A DNA stretch of 64,000 bases, from positions 124,800-188,799 of the forward strand of contig CAWJGT010000032.1 of NCBI GenBank assembly GCA_963842525.1. The letters run 5' to 3'. How positions within the stretch are numbered: position 1 is the stretch's first letter; each line of letters starts with the position of its first letter. The translations under genes and the position numbers were made by a program. Below, piece after piece: positions 30,084 through 40,390 of this stretch. Below the pieces are notes generated by a model that saw only the letters and a program-made list of their open reading frames with translations, was not told the origin of the DNA and ran no database searches. This DNA is from an uncultured Holophagales bacterium (GTDB lineage Bacteria > Acidobacteriota > Thermoanaerobaculia > Multivoradales > UBA5704).

Positions 30084-33026
30084 ATGCGCCTCGCAAGAAA
30101 GAAGGGATTTCTCCCGGCACTCCTCGTGCTGTCCCTGTGGTTTCCGGGCCAGGCCTGGGGTGTCCCTCCCCGGGTCGAGTGTGCCCATGCCCCGGCCCAC
30201 CTATCCACTTTCACCCCTGATTGCAGCGACGTCCTCGACTGCGACCCGCTGATCAATGTGCCAGGCTTCGTGCGCATCGGAGATCCGGTCGGCGCTCCGG
30301 GCGACGAGGAGCCGCGCTTCTTCTTTGACGAGGCGGGCGCCGGTCGCTTCCACACCGAGCTCTTCTCCCGCATCTACAACAACGGCGGCCATCCGGCGCC
30401 GAGCGGCCAGGTGACGGTGCGCTTGTCGGTCAAGGCCAACGCGACCGGACCCGGCGACACCTCCGATCCCTTCACGACGATCGGCGATTACGTGATGGAT
30501 ATCCCGGTCATGCCCGAAGACTGGCTCACCGCCAACGCCTCCCATGATCAGCCTATGACGAAGCCGGTGTGCTGGATCCTGGGCGCCGGAGAGCTGTTTC
30601 CCAAGAAGTTCCTGCTCAAGGCGGAGGTGCTCTGGCCCCAGGACGAAGCTCCGGGCAACAACACCCTGTATCAGTTTTATGACCTGACCGCCGAGGCCCT
30701 CCCTGCCGACATCGCCTTTTCCATGGATCTGTCCGGCAGCATGGCCATTGCGGTCCCTGGCGGGGGCTCCCGCCTCGCCGTGGCCCAGGACCGGGCCCGG
30801 ATGTTCATCGATCTGATCGAGATCGAGGATGGGGTACCTCACAACCGCCTGGGCCTCTTCGGCTTCGCCACCGGCATGCCGGCGGCGGTGAAGAGCGACT
30901 TCACCGGCACCTGGAAGTCTTCGGCCGCAGCGTCGCACTCGAGCCTCCTGAGCGAAACGGCGGTGCTCTTTCCTTTCCAGGAGATTGGCTCCGCCGCCGA
31001 CAGGCTGGCCGGACGGATTGCAGTTTCCGACCCCGTGGTAGTCAGGCCCTATGGCTGCACGCCGGTGGGGCAGGGCCTGCTGCGCGCGAAGAGTGAGCTT
31101 TTGAGCCTCTCTGATCCGCCGGGCACGGAGCGGAGCCGGGCAATCGTGCTCTTCAGCGACGGATTTCAGAACGTCGGTCCCTACGTGAACGAGGTGCCGC
31201 CGGAGCTGTGCGGCGGCCCGAGCTCGCTCGCTCTGATCCATGCCGAGGAGACGTTCAAGAACAACACCCCCACTCTGCCGATCTACTCCGTCTTCTTCGG
31301 CGCCGAGAGCGGTTGGGCTCACCAGCTCATGCTGGACCTCCAGGCCCAGACTGGCGGCGACTACCTCTATTACACCGGCACTTCGCTCGAGCTGGCCGCC
31401 GCCTACTACCAGATCCGCCATCTGGTGGCGTCCAACGCCCTGCTCTTCCTGGAGGAGGACGGCAAGGCCGTCGGCGCGAGCCCGACCGCGGCTGTCCCGG
31501 TCTACTTCGATGCCGCCTCCTTGACGGCCACTGTGGGCCTGGCCTGGCCGGTGGGAGCACAGGGCACCCTTCTCACCGTCGAGGCAAGGCCGGCAGGGGG
31601 GAACAATCAGCAGCCCTGGCAAGACCTGGGCGGCCAGCTCGGCACGGCCAGGGTCGACCCGCCCGGGAAAAACCGCTTCCATGATGCGTACCGGGTCTTC
31701 CGCTTCACTCCGGGCACTAGCAAGACCTGGGAGCTGAGGGTGCGGCAGGTGGCGCCGGGCCAGGGGACGGTCCCCTACACGCTGGCCGTCTTCGCCCGCA
31801 CCGAGGAGGTGCGCCTCAAGGCCTCGCTCGGAGCGGAGGGCTTCGCCGCCGGCAAGGCCCTGCCCATCTATGCGGATCTCCGGAGCGCCGGCCATCCGGT
31901 GCCGAACGCGGACGTACGGGCGACCGTCACCGCGCCGGCCCGGCCTTTCAGCACCACCCTGCGGCGCTATGCGGACCGGCTGACCGTCGATCGTGGAGCC
32001 GGCGACCAGACCGTAGCCCGCCTGGCCGCGCAGCTCCAGGGAGTCCTGGCGCAGGAGGTGGGCTCTCCGGATCTCTACCCGGTACGGCAGCTCACGGTCA
32101 CCCTCAACGACCGCGGCCAGGGCGCGGACCGGCTCCCCGGCGACGGGGTGTACACCGGCGAGGTCCCCGCGGCCGAGACCACGGTGGCAGGCAACTACGG
32201 CGTCATCGTGACCGCCACCGGCAACCGGTCCGGCGTACCGTTCGAGCGCACGGAGAAGCTGGGCTCGATCGCGGCCATCGGGCCGATCGATCCGGAGCGG
32301 ACCGAAGTTCGCTTCTCCGCTCCCCGGCAGCTCGGTGACCAGTTGCGCGCCGTGGACGTCACCGTGCTCGCCATGGATCGCTTCGGCAATGCCACCTTCC
32401 CAGGGGCGGCGTCGACGATCACCCTGCTTCCTCAGCCTGGGGGCGGCACCCTGGCCGGCGCGCTGGCCGACGATCTGACCTCTACATACAGCCAGACGCT
32501 GGTCCTCGCCCCGGGCGAACAACCCGCGGTCACGTTGCGGATCGATGGGCAGGACCTGGGCAGCTTCCAGCCCGGGTCCAAGCCGGGTGCGTTCGCGCGC
32601 TTCGAGGCGAGCGTCCATGCCGGGCTGGCCGTACCCCATGGGGTTTTCGGGGAGAGCCTGGACGAGGGGCCGGCCTTCGCCGTGGATGCCACCTATCGCT
32701 TTACATCCTATGTCGCCCTACGGAGTGAGCTCGGCTTCTCGCTCTTCGACGATCCGGTCGGCGGCGACCGGCGGATGATCCATTTCGTCCCTTACCTCCA
32801 GCTCCGCAACCCGGTGCCGGTCTGGCAGCCCTATTTCGAAGCGGGGCCGGGCGTCTATGACCTCGAGAGCGCCGGCACCGCCGGAGGCTTCTCGGCGGGC
32901 GTCGGCGTGCAGCGACAGATCGCGCCGCACTGGCGGCTGGACCTGGCCCTCCATGGCCACCATGCCGGCGGCGGCCTCGACGCCACCTACAGCCAGACCA
33001 AGATCGGTTTCCAGATCACCTTTTAG
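30084..33026 (+). CDS. Exported VWA-domain protein with Ig-like domains and C-terminal outer-membrane beta-barrel
   Basis: AAAGGAG RBS; signal peptide; MIDAS DLSGSM..TPVG..LFSDG; LNDRGQGADRLPGDGVY loop; alternating beta-strands ending ..KIGFQITF. Confidence 0.8.
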   Translation: MRLARKKGFLPALLVLSLWFPGQAWGVPPRVECAHAPAHLSTFTPDCSDVLDCDPLINVPGFVRIGDPVGAPGDEEPRFFFDEAGAGRFHTELFSRIYNNGGHPAPSGQVTVRLSVKANATGPGDTSDPFTTIGDYVMDIPVMPEDWLTANASHDQPMTKPVCWILGAGELFPKKFLLKAEVLWPQDEAPGNNTLYQFYDLTAEALPADIAFSMDLSGSMAIAVPGGGSRLAVAQDRARMFIDLIEIEDGVPHNRLGLFGFATGMPAAVKSDFTGTWKSSAAASHSSLLSETAVLFPFQEIGSAADRLAGRIAVSDPVVVRPYGCTPVGQGLLRAKSELLSLSDPPGTERSRAIVLFSDGFQNVGPYVNEVPPELCGGPSSLALIHAEETFKNNTPTLPIYSVFFGAESGWAHQLMLDLQAQTGGDYLYYTGTSLELAAAYYQIRHLVASNALLFLEEDGKAVGASPTAAVPVYFDAASLTATVGLAWPVGAQGTLLTVEARPAGGNNQQPWQDLGGQLGTARVDPPGKNRFHDAYRVFRFTPGTSKTWELRVRQVAPGQGTVPYTLAVFARTEEVRLKASLGAEGFAAGKALPIYADLRSAGHPVPNADVRATVTAPARPFSTTLRRYADRLTVDRGAGDQTVARLAAQLQGVLAQEVGSPDLYPVRQLTVTLNDRGQGADRLPGDGVYTGEVPAAETTVAGNYGVIVTATGNRSGVPFERTEKLGSIAAIGPIDPERTEVRFSAPRQLGDQLRAVDVTVLAMDRFGNATFPGAASTITLLPQPGGGTLAGALADDLTSTYSQTLVLAPGEQPAVTLRIDGQDLGSFQPGSKPGAFARFEASVHAGLAVPHGVFGESLDEGPAFAVDATYRFTSYVALRSELGFSLFDDPVGGDRRMIHFVPYLQLRNPVPVWQPYFEAGPGVYDLESAGTAGGFSAGVGVQRQIAPHWRLDLALHGHHAGGGLDATYSQTKIGFQITF

Positions 33027-33041
33027 AAAGGAGCAACGGTC

Positions 33042-34730
33042 ATGATCAGACAAGTACGGCATCAGCCCCGCTTGCGCCGGGCCGGGTTGCGAGCCTGCGC
33101 CGCCTTCATCGCCCTGCTGGCGTTCTCCGTGAACGCAGCCGCCGATCCGTTCACCCTCTATGGCCAGGTCTTCCAGGTCGATCCGGAGTTGGCCGCGGAC
33201 GAATCCATCGAAGACGCCGACCTGCCGGTCGGTCTGCGCGTGCCCTTCGTCCAGGTCCAGGTGGTGGACCCGGACACCGGCGAGAGCCGGGGAGCCCCGG
33301 TCTTCGCCGGCGCCAACGGCAACTTCACCCTCCACTTCGACGCTCCGGCCGGATCCACCGCGGCGATCCAGGTCTTCCGATCGGTCAATACGACGACGGG
33401 CGATCCGGAGGTGCAGATCTATCCGGAAGCCCGGAAAGACCTCAATACCTTTCCTCTCACCAATGCGCCTACAGGAGTGGCCGTCAAGGTGGCCAGCGAG
33501 GAAACGCTTCTCCTCGACCCGGGCAGCAGCTTCAACGCTTCCGTGGGCATCGTCTTCACGCAGGTCGGATTGGTGGAAATCCCCTACATCTCCCAGGATC
33601 TGGCTCGGCCGGACAAGGGGCGCATCGGCCTGGCCGATCTCTCCGGCGACCTCACCCGGGCCGCCGAGCAGAACCTCTCCAGTGACCCGTCAGCGGCCAG
33701 CTACAATGCCGTCTTCAAAGACGCTCCATTCGGCGGCCTGCTGCATGTCTTCGGCGCCTTCGGCAAACTCTCCGGAATTCCGCCGTGCACCGGCGCGGTC
33801 GACTGGTATCGCGTGAAGATCCGTCCGGTCAGCTTCGACGGTGCCGGCAATCCAGTCTATGGCGCGGCCTTCGAAGGCACCGACCTGCTGCGCAAGATGC
33901 GTTTTGAGGTTGACTATGTCCCCACGTTCCGGGCCGATTCCTTTCTGGAGAAGATCGGACCCTACGACGGCGACGACCTGACCTCAGGCGTGGCAGTGCC
34001 GATCCACAATCTGTACCGGGTCAACCCTTCTCCCACTACACCCGGCCAGACCGTGGTCTATAGCATGGCCGACCAGCGCTACAGTTGGGCGACGGGGGGA
34101 AACCCTCCGGGCCTCTACGAAATCAGCCTGGAGTACTTCCGGGACGCAGGGACCACGGACCCCACCCAGCCACGCGTGACGAAGATCGCCGACGCTCCAT
34201 GCTTCGGCGGCACCCTGCCACCGGAGGACGCGGACGAGGTGGCTTTGCACAAGCTCCTGGTCCGCATCGACAACACCCCCCTGGAGTCCAGCATGGATGG
34301 GCTCTTCGTACGCACCGGCGCTTCCCGTTCTTTCAACTATCTCGAGCCGGGGCACCTATGCGACATCATCGACCTCAACGCCGGAAGCACGATCGAGATC
34401 GACTTCAAAGCCTGGCACAATGCCGGATATCTACGCTCCTACAGACTCACCGCCATTTCCAATGCAAAGGACAACGTGCCCTTTGCCGCGGCAGCGGACA
34501 ACTACGACAACCACAGCGCCTGTGGCCCCCTCTGGCGGGGCGGCACGGGCGCCTGCCCGGCAGTCGCTCCGCCAGGGGCCGCGCCGGTCATCACGGCTAC
34601 CAGCACGTCACCCTTCCCCAGGTGCGCCTACGGCTTCGATCTGGTAGTGCAAGGGCGGGCGCAGAACGGCTACGGCTATCTCCAGGGCGCCCATCATCGG
34701 CAGATCTACTATGTAAACCCGCTGCCGTAA
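33042..34730 (+). CDS. Exported hypothetical beta-rich protein
   Basis: 562 aa; AAAGGAG RBS 15 bp after upstream stop; signal peptide. Confidence 0.75.
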   Translation: MIRQVRHQPRLRRAGLRACAAFIALLAFSVNAAADPFTLYGQVFQVDPELAADESIEDADLPVGLRVPFVQVQVVDPDTGESRGAPVFAGANGNFTLHFDAPAGSTAAIQVFRSVNTTTGDPEVQIYPEARKDLNTFPLTNAPTGVAVKVASEETLLLDPGSSFNASVGIVFTQVGLVEIPYISQDLARPDKGRIGLADLSGDLTRAAEQNLSSDPSAASYNAVFKDAPFGGLLHVFGAFGKLSGIPPCTGAVDWYRVKIRPVSFDGAGNPVYGAAFEGTDLLRKMRFEVDYVPTFRADSFLEKIGPYDGDDLTSGVAVPIHNLYRVNPSPTTPGQTVVYSMADQRYSWATGGNPPGLYEISLEYFRDAGTTDPTQPRVTKIADAPCFGGTLPPEDADEVALHKLLVRIDNTPLESSMDGLFVRTGASRSFNYLEPGHLCDIIDLNAGSTIEIDFKAWHNAGYLRSYRLTAISNAKDNVPFAAAADNYDNHSACGPLWRGGTGACPAVAPPGAAPVITATSTSPFPRCAYGFDLVVQGRAQNGYGYLQGAHHRQIYYVNPLP

Positions 34731-34814
34731 CAGGGTCCCTCCCGCTCCCCAATCCCGGCCGGGACGATCTCCCGGCCGGGTCCGCCTCCGCACCGCCACA
34801 ATCTTCTCCACATC

Positions 34815-34830
34815 TTCATCATCGGTTCAT
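34815..34830 (+). promoter_or_regulatory. cre-tag-like direct repeat
   Basis: TTCAT-CATCGG-TTCAT (CreB site consensus TTCAC-N6-TTCAC); creC remnant lies downstream. Confidence 0.45.
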
Positions 34831-34895
34831 ACTGCCTCCTTGTTTGAACCGCATCCTCGTCCTTGGCAAGGCTGCGGCCTGCCAAGGAGGAATCC

Positions 34896-36911
34896 ATGAA
34901 ACGGTTCTGGAAAGCAGTTTCCCTGTTGATCCTCGGGCTGGTGCTCCTCATGGCACGCCCGGCATCCGTCCCCGCGACGACCACGCCTCGGGACGGTACC
35001 CTCTCGCCCTACTTCTTCGTCGAGAACGGCGACCCCGAGGTCGACCGGCTGCCGCTCAAGGAGACGAAGGCCGACGTCGTCATCGCGGGCGTCATCGCCG
35101 ACGTCGTCGTCACCCAGGTCTATCGCAACGAAGGTAACCGGCCGATCCATGCGCGCTACGTGTTCCCGGCCTCCACCCGGGCCGCGGTGCACGGCATGAC
35201 GATGCAGGTGGGCGCGCGGCGCATCCGCGCGAAGATCCGCGAACGCACTGCGGCGCGGCAGGAGTTCGCCGCGGCGCGCAAGGCAGGCAAGAGCGCGGCG
35301 TTGCTCGAACAGCAGCGGCCCAACGTCTTCACCATGGACGTGGCCAACATCCTGCCGCAGGACGAGATCCGCGTCGAGCTCCACTACAGCGAGCTGCTCG
35401 TGCCGACCGACGGGACGTACGAATTCGTCTATCCCACCGTGGTCGGGCCGCGCTACTCGCGCGACCGCGAAGCGACGGCCGCGGAGAACGATCGTTGGGT
35501 GAAGAGCCCCTACCTGCACGCGGGCGAGGCGCCGACCTACACATTCGACATCGAGGCGCGCATTGCCGCCGGCATGCCGATCGAGGAGGTTCTCTGCCCG
35601 TCCCACCGGACGTATGTCGATTGGCGGAACAGGAACGCGACGAAGGTCACGCTCGATCCCGGCGAAACGGACGGCGGCAATCGCGACTACATCCTGCGCT
35701 ACCGCCTGCAGGGCCAGCAGGTGAAGACCGGGCTGCTGCTCTATCCGGGCAAGGAGGAGAGCTTCTTTCTCTTGATGATGCAGCCGCCGGTGCGGGTGGC
35801 GCCGCGGCAGATCCCGCCGCGCGAATACATTTTCGTCCTCGACGTGTCCGGGTCCATGTCCGGTTTTCCGCTCGACACGGCGAAGGTGCTGATGCGGGAG
35901 CTCGTCGTCGGCCTGCGCCCGACCGACCGTTTCAATGTGATCCTGTTCTCAGGCGGCTCGCGCCTGCTCGCGCCGAAATCGCTGCCCGCCACACCGGCCA
36001 ACATTCGCTGGGCGACCGAGGAGATCGATCGTGAGTACGGCGGCGGTGGAACGGAGCTCGGCGCGGCCCTGGATCGCGCCCTGGCGCTGCCGGGCAACGA
36101 AGGCGTGTCGCGGACGACGATCGTCGTCACGGACGGCTATATTTCGGCGGAAGCCGGCGTCTTCGAAAAGATCCGTGCCAACCTGAACCGTTCCAACCTG
36201 TTCGCCTTCGGCATCGGCAGCTCCGTGAACCGCCATCTCATCGAAGGCATGGCGCGCGCCGGGCAGGGTGAGCCGTTCGTCGTCACCGAGCCCTCCGAGG
36301 CCCGGGCCGTCGCGAAGAGCCTGCAGGAGTATGTGCAATCGCCGGTGCTCACGGACATCAAGGTCGACACACAGGGCTTCAAGGTGTACGACGTCGAGCC
36401 GTTGTCGATCCCGGATCTGTTCGCCGACCGCCCTCTGGTGGTCTTCGGCAAATGGCGCGGCGACACGTCCGGCACGATCCGCGTCACCGGCCTGGGAGGT
36501 GAGGGACGCTATGAAAAGGTTTTCGATGTAGATGAGGCGGAATCGTCCGCGGACAACCGGGCGCTGCGCTACCTGTGGGCGCGAGCGCGAGTGGCACGCC
36601 TCGCGGACGACGGGCGAGCAGACGACGAGACGCGCCGGCAGGTTACGACGCTCGGTCTGACCTACGAGTTGCTGACCGAGTACACGTCCTTCATCGCGGT
36701 GCACGAGGTGGTGCGGAACCCCGACGGCTCGGCGCCGACGGTCAACCAACCGCTGCCCCTGCCGCAAGGCGTTTCGGACCTCGCGGTCGGGAATTCCGTC
36801 CCCGAGCCGGAGCTGCCGCTGCTGCTGGCCCTCGTGCTCCTGCTGCTTGGCTTCACGCCCGCCGGGCGGGCACGGCTGCGGGGCGGGCTCGGGCTTGTGT
36901 CGAAAGGCTGA
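34896..36911 (+). CDS. VIT + VWA domain protein with PEP-CTERM-like sorting signal
   Basis: AAGGAGG RBS; signal peptide; VIT (ADVVVTQVY..YVFP..LLEQQRPNVF); VWA FVLDVSGSM..GGGTE..VVTDG; C-terminal VPEP + TM + Arg-rich tail. Confidence 0.88.
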   Translation: MKRFWKAVSLLILGLVLLMARPASVPATTTPRDGTLSPYFFVENGDPEVDRLPLKETKADVVIAGVIADVVVTQVYRNEGNRPIHARYVFPASTRAAVHGMTMQVGARRIRAKIRERTAARQEFAAARKAGKSAALLEQQRPNVFTMDVANILPQDEIRVELHYSELLVPTDGTYEFVYPTVVGPRYSRDREATAAENDRWVKSPYLHAGEAPTYTFDIEARIAAGMPIEEVLCPSHRTYVDWRNRNATKVTLDPGETDGGNRDYILRYRLQGQQVKTGLLLYPGKEESFFLLMMQPPVRVAPRQIPPREYIFVLDVSGSMSGFPLDTAKVLMRELVVGLRPTDRFNVILFSGGSRLLAPKSLPATPANIRWATEEIDREYGGGGTELGAALDRALALPGNEGVSRTTIVVTDGYISAEAGVFEKIRANLNRSNLFAFGIGSSVNRHLIEGMARAGQGEPFVVTEPSEARAVAKSLQEYVQSPVLTDIKVDTQGFKVYDVEPLSIPDLFADRPLVVFGKWRGDTSGTIRVTGLGGEGRYEKVFDVDEAESSADNRALRYLWARARVARLADDGRADDETRRQVTTLGLTYELLTEYTSFIAVHEVVRNPDGSAPTVNQPLPLPQGVSDLAVGNSVPEPELPLLLALVLLLLGFTPAGRARLRGGLGLVSKG

Positions 36912-36916
36912 GAGTG

Positions 36917-37690
36917 ATGTTTCGAAAGCCCGTGCCCGGCCTGGGCCCTCACCCCCCTGGCCCCCCTCTCCCATCCTCACTCCCAGCCTCCCGGGAGAGG
37001 GGGGAAGAGGCACTGCCAGAGAGGTTCTTGGGTGGGGGCTCCCCTCTCCCGGGGGTTGGGAGTGAGGATGGGAGAGGGGCCGGGGGTGAGGGCCCAGGGC
37101 ACCGGCCGGGTCGACCCTGGATGTCCTGGGGCACGGCGCTGCTCGCGGCCTACGGTTTGAAGCTGGGCTACAGCCGGGCGTCGGTCGAGGGTCTCACGTG
37201 GATCCTCGCGCCGACGGCCCGGGCTGTCGGCTGGCTGCGCGGCGAGACGCTCACCCCGGGCCCGGAGGGCTGGGTGGCGCCGGACGGCTCGTACGTCATC
37301 GCTCCGGCCTGCGCCGGGGTGAACTTCATGATCTTGGTTTTGATCGTCGCCGTGCTCGGCTTCGCGTACCGGTTGCGTTCCCCGGGACAGCGGCTCGCCT
37401 GGTGGCTTGCCTCGCTGTGCGGGGCCTGGGCCCTCACGATCGCCGTCAACACGCTGCGCATCCTGGCTGCCGTCGAGCTGTACCGTCTCGATCCTGTTGC
37501 TTTCACTCCGGAGCAGGCACACCGGCTCCTTGGCACGATGCTGTACCTGGCCGCGCTCTGGGGCGTCTTCGGGATGCTCGACCGGCTCACCGCGCGGCAA
37601 CGCACCGGCGCCTACCCCATGCTCGCCGCCCTCGTCCTGGTCCCGGGCGTCTACCTGGGGATGACCGTGGTGGTACCGCTCTTGAATGGA
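36917..37690 (+). CDS. Exosortase K-like transpeptidase, 3'-truncated at a junction with creC
   Basis: LKLGYSRASVEGLTWILAPTA, catalytic IAPACAGVNF, VNTLRI, QAHRLLG; start at 36917 or 37121. Confidence 0.75.
36932..37102. repeat. Palindromic REP family B (CCCTCACCCC..CCTCTCCC..GGGAGAGG..GGGGTGAGGG)
   Basis: Long inverted repeat; related copies at 41919-42124 and 48386-48445. Confidence 0.85.
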
Positions 37691-38315
37691 GAGCCCGCTC
37701 TCTGCGATCCGCGGCGCGGCGGAGCTTCTGCAGGAGGACATGCCGCGCCCGCAACAGATTCGTTTTACGGCCAACATCCGCCACGAGGCCGAGAGGATCG
37801 CGCGCATCGTGGACCGCATGCTGGAGCTCGCCCGGCTCGAAAACCGCCGCGAAAGACCGGAGATGGGACCGGTGGATCTGAACGCGCTCGTGCGCACCGT
37901 GGTCGAGAGCCACGAGCCCCTGCTGGCCGGCAAGAACGTCAAGATGGAGATCGCCGTTCCGGACGGGCTGACCCTCCACGGCAACGCATTCCTCCTGCAT
38001 CAGGCGCTGGAAAACCTCGTCCAGAACGCGATCGAGTTCAGCCACCGCGGCGGGACGGTGAGAGTGGCGGCGGCCACCGGGCGCGACCGGGTGATCCTGT
38101 CCGTCACCGACGAGGGTCCGGGCATTCCCACCTATGCGCTCGACCGGATCTTCGAGCGTTTCTATTCGCTGGGCCGTCCCGACACCGGCAAGAAGAGCAC
38201 GGGCCTGGGGCTGAACTTCGTCCGCGAGGTCGCCAAATCGCACGGCGGGACGATCCGCGTCACCAATCGTCTCGAGGGCGGAGCACTCGCGGAGCTCACC
38301 CTTCCGCGAGGATGA
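37686..38315 (+). pseudogene. creC: C-terminal half of a CreC-like sensor histidine kinase
   Basis: SPLSAIRGAAELL (H-box His missing), NLVQNAIEF, DEGPGIP, FERFYSLGRPDTGKKSTGLGL. Confidence 0.75.
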
Positions 38316-38352
38316 CCGCAAAGAGGTATGATCCCGTCGAGGGGGATTCCTG

Positions 38353-39237
38353 ATGAAGACGCTCGCAGCTTTCGTGGCCGCAACAACCGTCCTCGCTGCC
38401 CTGGCGGCAGCCCAGGAGATGAAGCCCTTGCCGTTCCCTGTTCCGCTCAATCATTTCTTCCTCGTCCTCGACTCCGACACCTACGCAGCCATCGAGGCCA
38501 GCCAGTTCCTGCAAACGGAATTCGCTGTCTTCGAGCGGCGTACCACGGTGCGTGCAGACCTCACCTACACGGGGGTGTACTTCTACGGGATCAACACCTA
38601 TTTCGAATTCTTCGATGCCGCCAAAGAGAAGGGGCGCCGGATCGGCGACAGCGGCGTCGCCTTCGGCGTGGATAATGCTGGCAACGTGCAGCATCTCCAG
38701 GCGGTCCTCGGGTCCGACCCGCCGGCGCTCATCACGCGGCAGCTCGGGGATCGACAGGTCCCATGGTTCCACATGCTCACGCCGAAAGACTTCCCTTTCC
38801 AGTCCGGCATCAGCACATGGATCATGGAGTACCACCCACGCTTCCTCGCCGAATGGCACCCGGAAGCGGGCGGTGGAGAGGGCGTCACCCGCCGGCAGAT
38901 CCTGAGCCGCTATGCCGCCACCTTGCAATCCTCTGCAAAGCCGCCCCTCCTGCAGGACGTGGTGGGGCTCACGATCGCCGTCGACGAGTCGACGTCAAGC
39001 AGGCTGGCTGGGCTCTGCCAGGCGTTCGGGTACAGCTCGCGCAAGGAGGGCAGCACCATGGAGCTCGGCGGGCCTGACGTCGTGCTGCGACTGATCCCCG
39101 CGACGGCCTCGGTGCGGGGCATCCAACAGGTCGATTTTCGTGTGAGCCGGATGCCCGAGAAGCAATCGGAATTCAAGCTCGGGCCGAAGGCGGTCTTGAA
39201 GTTCCAGGGCGGGGATCGCGCGGTCTGGTCGTTTTGA
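38353..39237 (+). CDS. Exported DUF5829-like (glyoxalase-fold) protein
   Basis: Signal peptide; LNHFFLVLDSDTYAAI..YTGVYFYGINTYFEFF..WIMEY. Confidence 0.7.
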   Translation: MKTLAAFVAATTVLAALAAAQEMKPLPFPVPLNHFFLVLDSDTYAAIEASQFLQTEFAVFERRTTVRADLTYTGVYFYGINTYFEFFDAAKEKGRRIGDSGVAFGVDNAGNVQHLQAVLGSDPPALITRQLGDRQVPWFHMLTPKDFPFQSGISTWIMEYHPRFLAEWHPEAGGGEGVTRRQILSRYAATLQSSAKPPLLQDVVGLTIAVDESTSSRLAGLCQAFGYSSRKEGSTMELGGPDVVLRLIPATASVRGIQQVDFRVSRMPEKQSEFKLGPKAVLKFQGGDRAVWSF

Positions 39238-39242
39238 AGGGC

Positions 39243-39566
39243 TCATCGCCGGGCCAGGGCGGCGAGGAGCTCGCTCCGGTGGCTGCGTGAAACGCGCAGC
39301 TTGACCACCAGCCTGCGTCCCGTTCCCGAGATCAGCAGGCGTTCCACCCCGCGTCCGCCTTGTGCCGGCGGTGGCGCGGGTCCGCCTTCGACCAGCCCGC
39401 GGATCCGGCGCGCCAGCTCCGCCAGGCCGTGTTGCGCGATCTCGCGCACCGCGGCCACCGTGGCGGCGCCGTCCGCGCCTTCGGCCACGACCTCGATCTC
39501 CGGGTGGCGCGACAGCAGGAGACGAAGAGTCGCGCGGGCGCGGTGCGTCTCGACACCTCGGAGCAT
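39243..39566 (-). pseudogene. Internally deleted LytTR/AlgR-type response regulator
   Basis: ARATLRLLLSRHPEIEVVAEGADG (REC start), linker VERLLI..GR, LRVSRSHR (LytTR end); domain cores absent. Confidence 0.65.
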
Positions 39567-39607
39567 GCGCCCCCAGGGTGGTAGTCTCTGCCACAGGAGG
39601 CTTCCAC

Positions 39608-39988
39608 ATGAGCACACCGCGACGGTTTCCGGAAGATATCGTGGATGCGATCCGGGGCTGCCAGGTCCTCGGCGTCCGCGCCGGCACTGGAAAGCACCGG
39701 ATCATCGGCATCTGGGCAGTGGTCGTGGAGGGCCGCGTCTTCGTCCGGTCGTGGAGCGTCAAGCCGGACGGCTGGTACCAGACGTTTCGCGAGGAGCCGC
39801 AGGGCACGATCGCAATCGAAGGCCGCGAGCTTCCGGCTCGCGCCGTGCAGACGCGGAGCGAGCGCCTCAAGGAGGCGGTCGATCAGGCCTATCTGGCGAA
39901 GTACAAAACGCCGGCGGCCCTGAAGTACGCACGGGACCTGTGCCAGCCGAAGTGCCGCGCGACGACCACCGAGCTGGTGCCGCTCTGA
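39608..39988 (+). CDS. DUF2255 family protein
   Basis: AGGAGG RBS; IWAVVVEGRVFVRSW..WY..VDQAYLAKY..TTTELVP. Confidence 0.8.
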   Translation: MSTPRRFPEDIVDAIRGCQVLGVRAGTGKHRIIGIWAVVVEGRVFVRSWSVKPDGWYQTFREEPQGTIAIEGRELPARAVQTRSERLKEAVDQAYLAKYKTPAALKYARDLCQPKCRATTTELVPL

Positions 39989-39999
39989 TTGACTCTGCC

Positions 40000-40320
40000 G
40001 TCGCAAAAGGCTCGCGCGGCGTCGCAAACAAGGCCGCACCACCGCAAGAGGCCCGAATTTCGTCGCAAACGCCTCTTCGGCGGGACAGCGACGTCGCAAA
40101 GCCGGGACGTGAACGGTCCGCGAGTCCTGTGCAACGCATACATTGCGACCTTTTCCACAGCCACCTTCTCCCCGGAGGCGCAAATCGCTCCGCTCCACGG
40201 GTTCAGTGCACCCGCAGCCAGGTTGCGTGCGACGCAAAGGACATCAATTGCGACGCCGTATGTGCAACGACCCAGGTCCCCAACAAGCGAGGAAGTCCTG
40301 TCGCGTCGCATCCCTTGGGC
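40000..40320. repeat. Degenerate intergenic repeats of GTCGCAAA/TGCGAC, roughly 21-bp spacing
   Basis: GTCGCAA at 40000, 40021, 40062 and 40093; reverse TGCGAC copies downstream. Confidence 0.5.
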
Positions 40321-40390
40321 GCAAAGGTTGTCCAGGTGTAGGGATCATGCGGGGTGACGCCCCAGTGCGCACGCGCTTATACTGCGCTCC

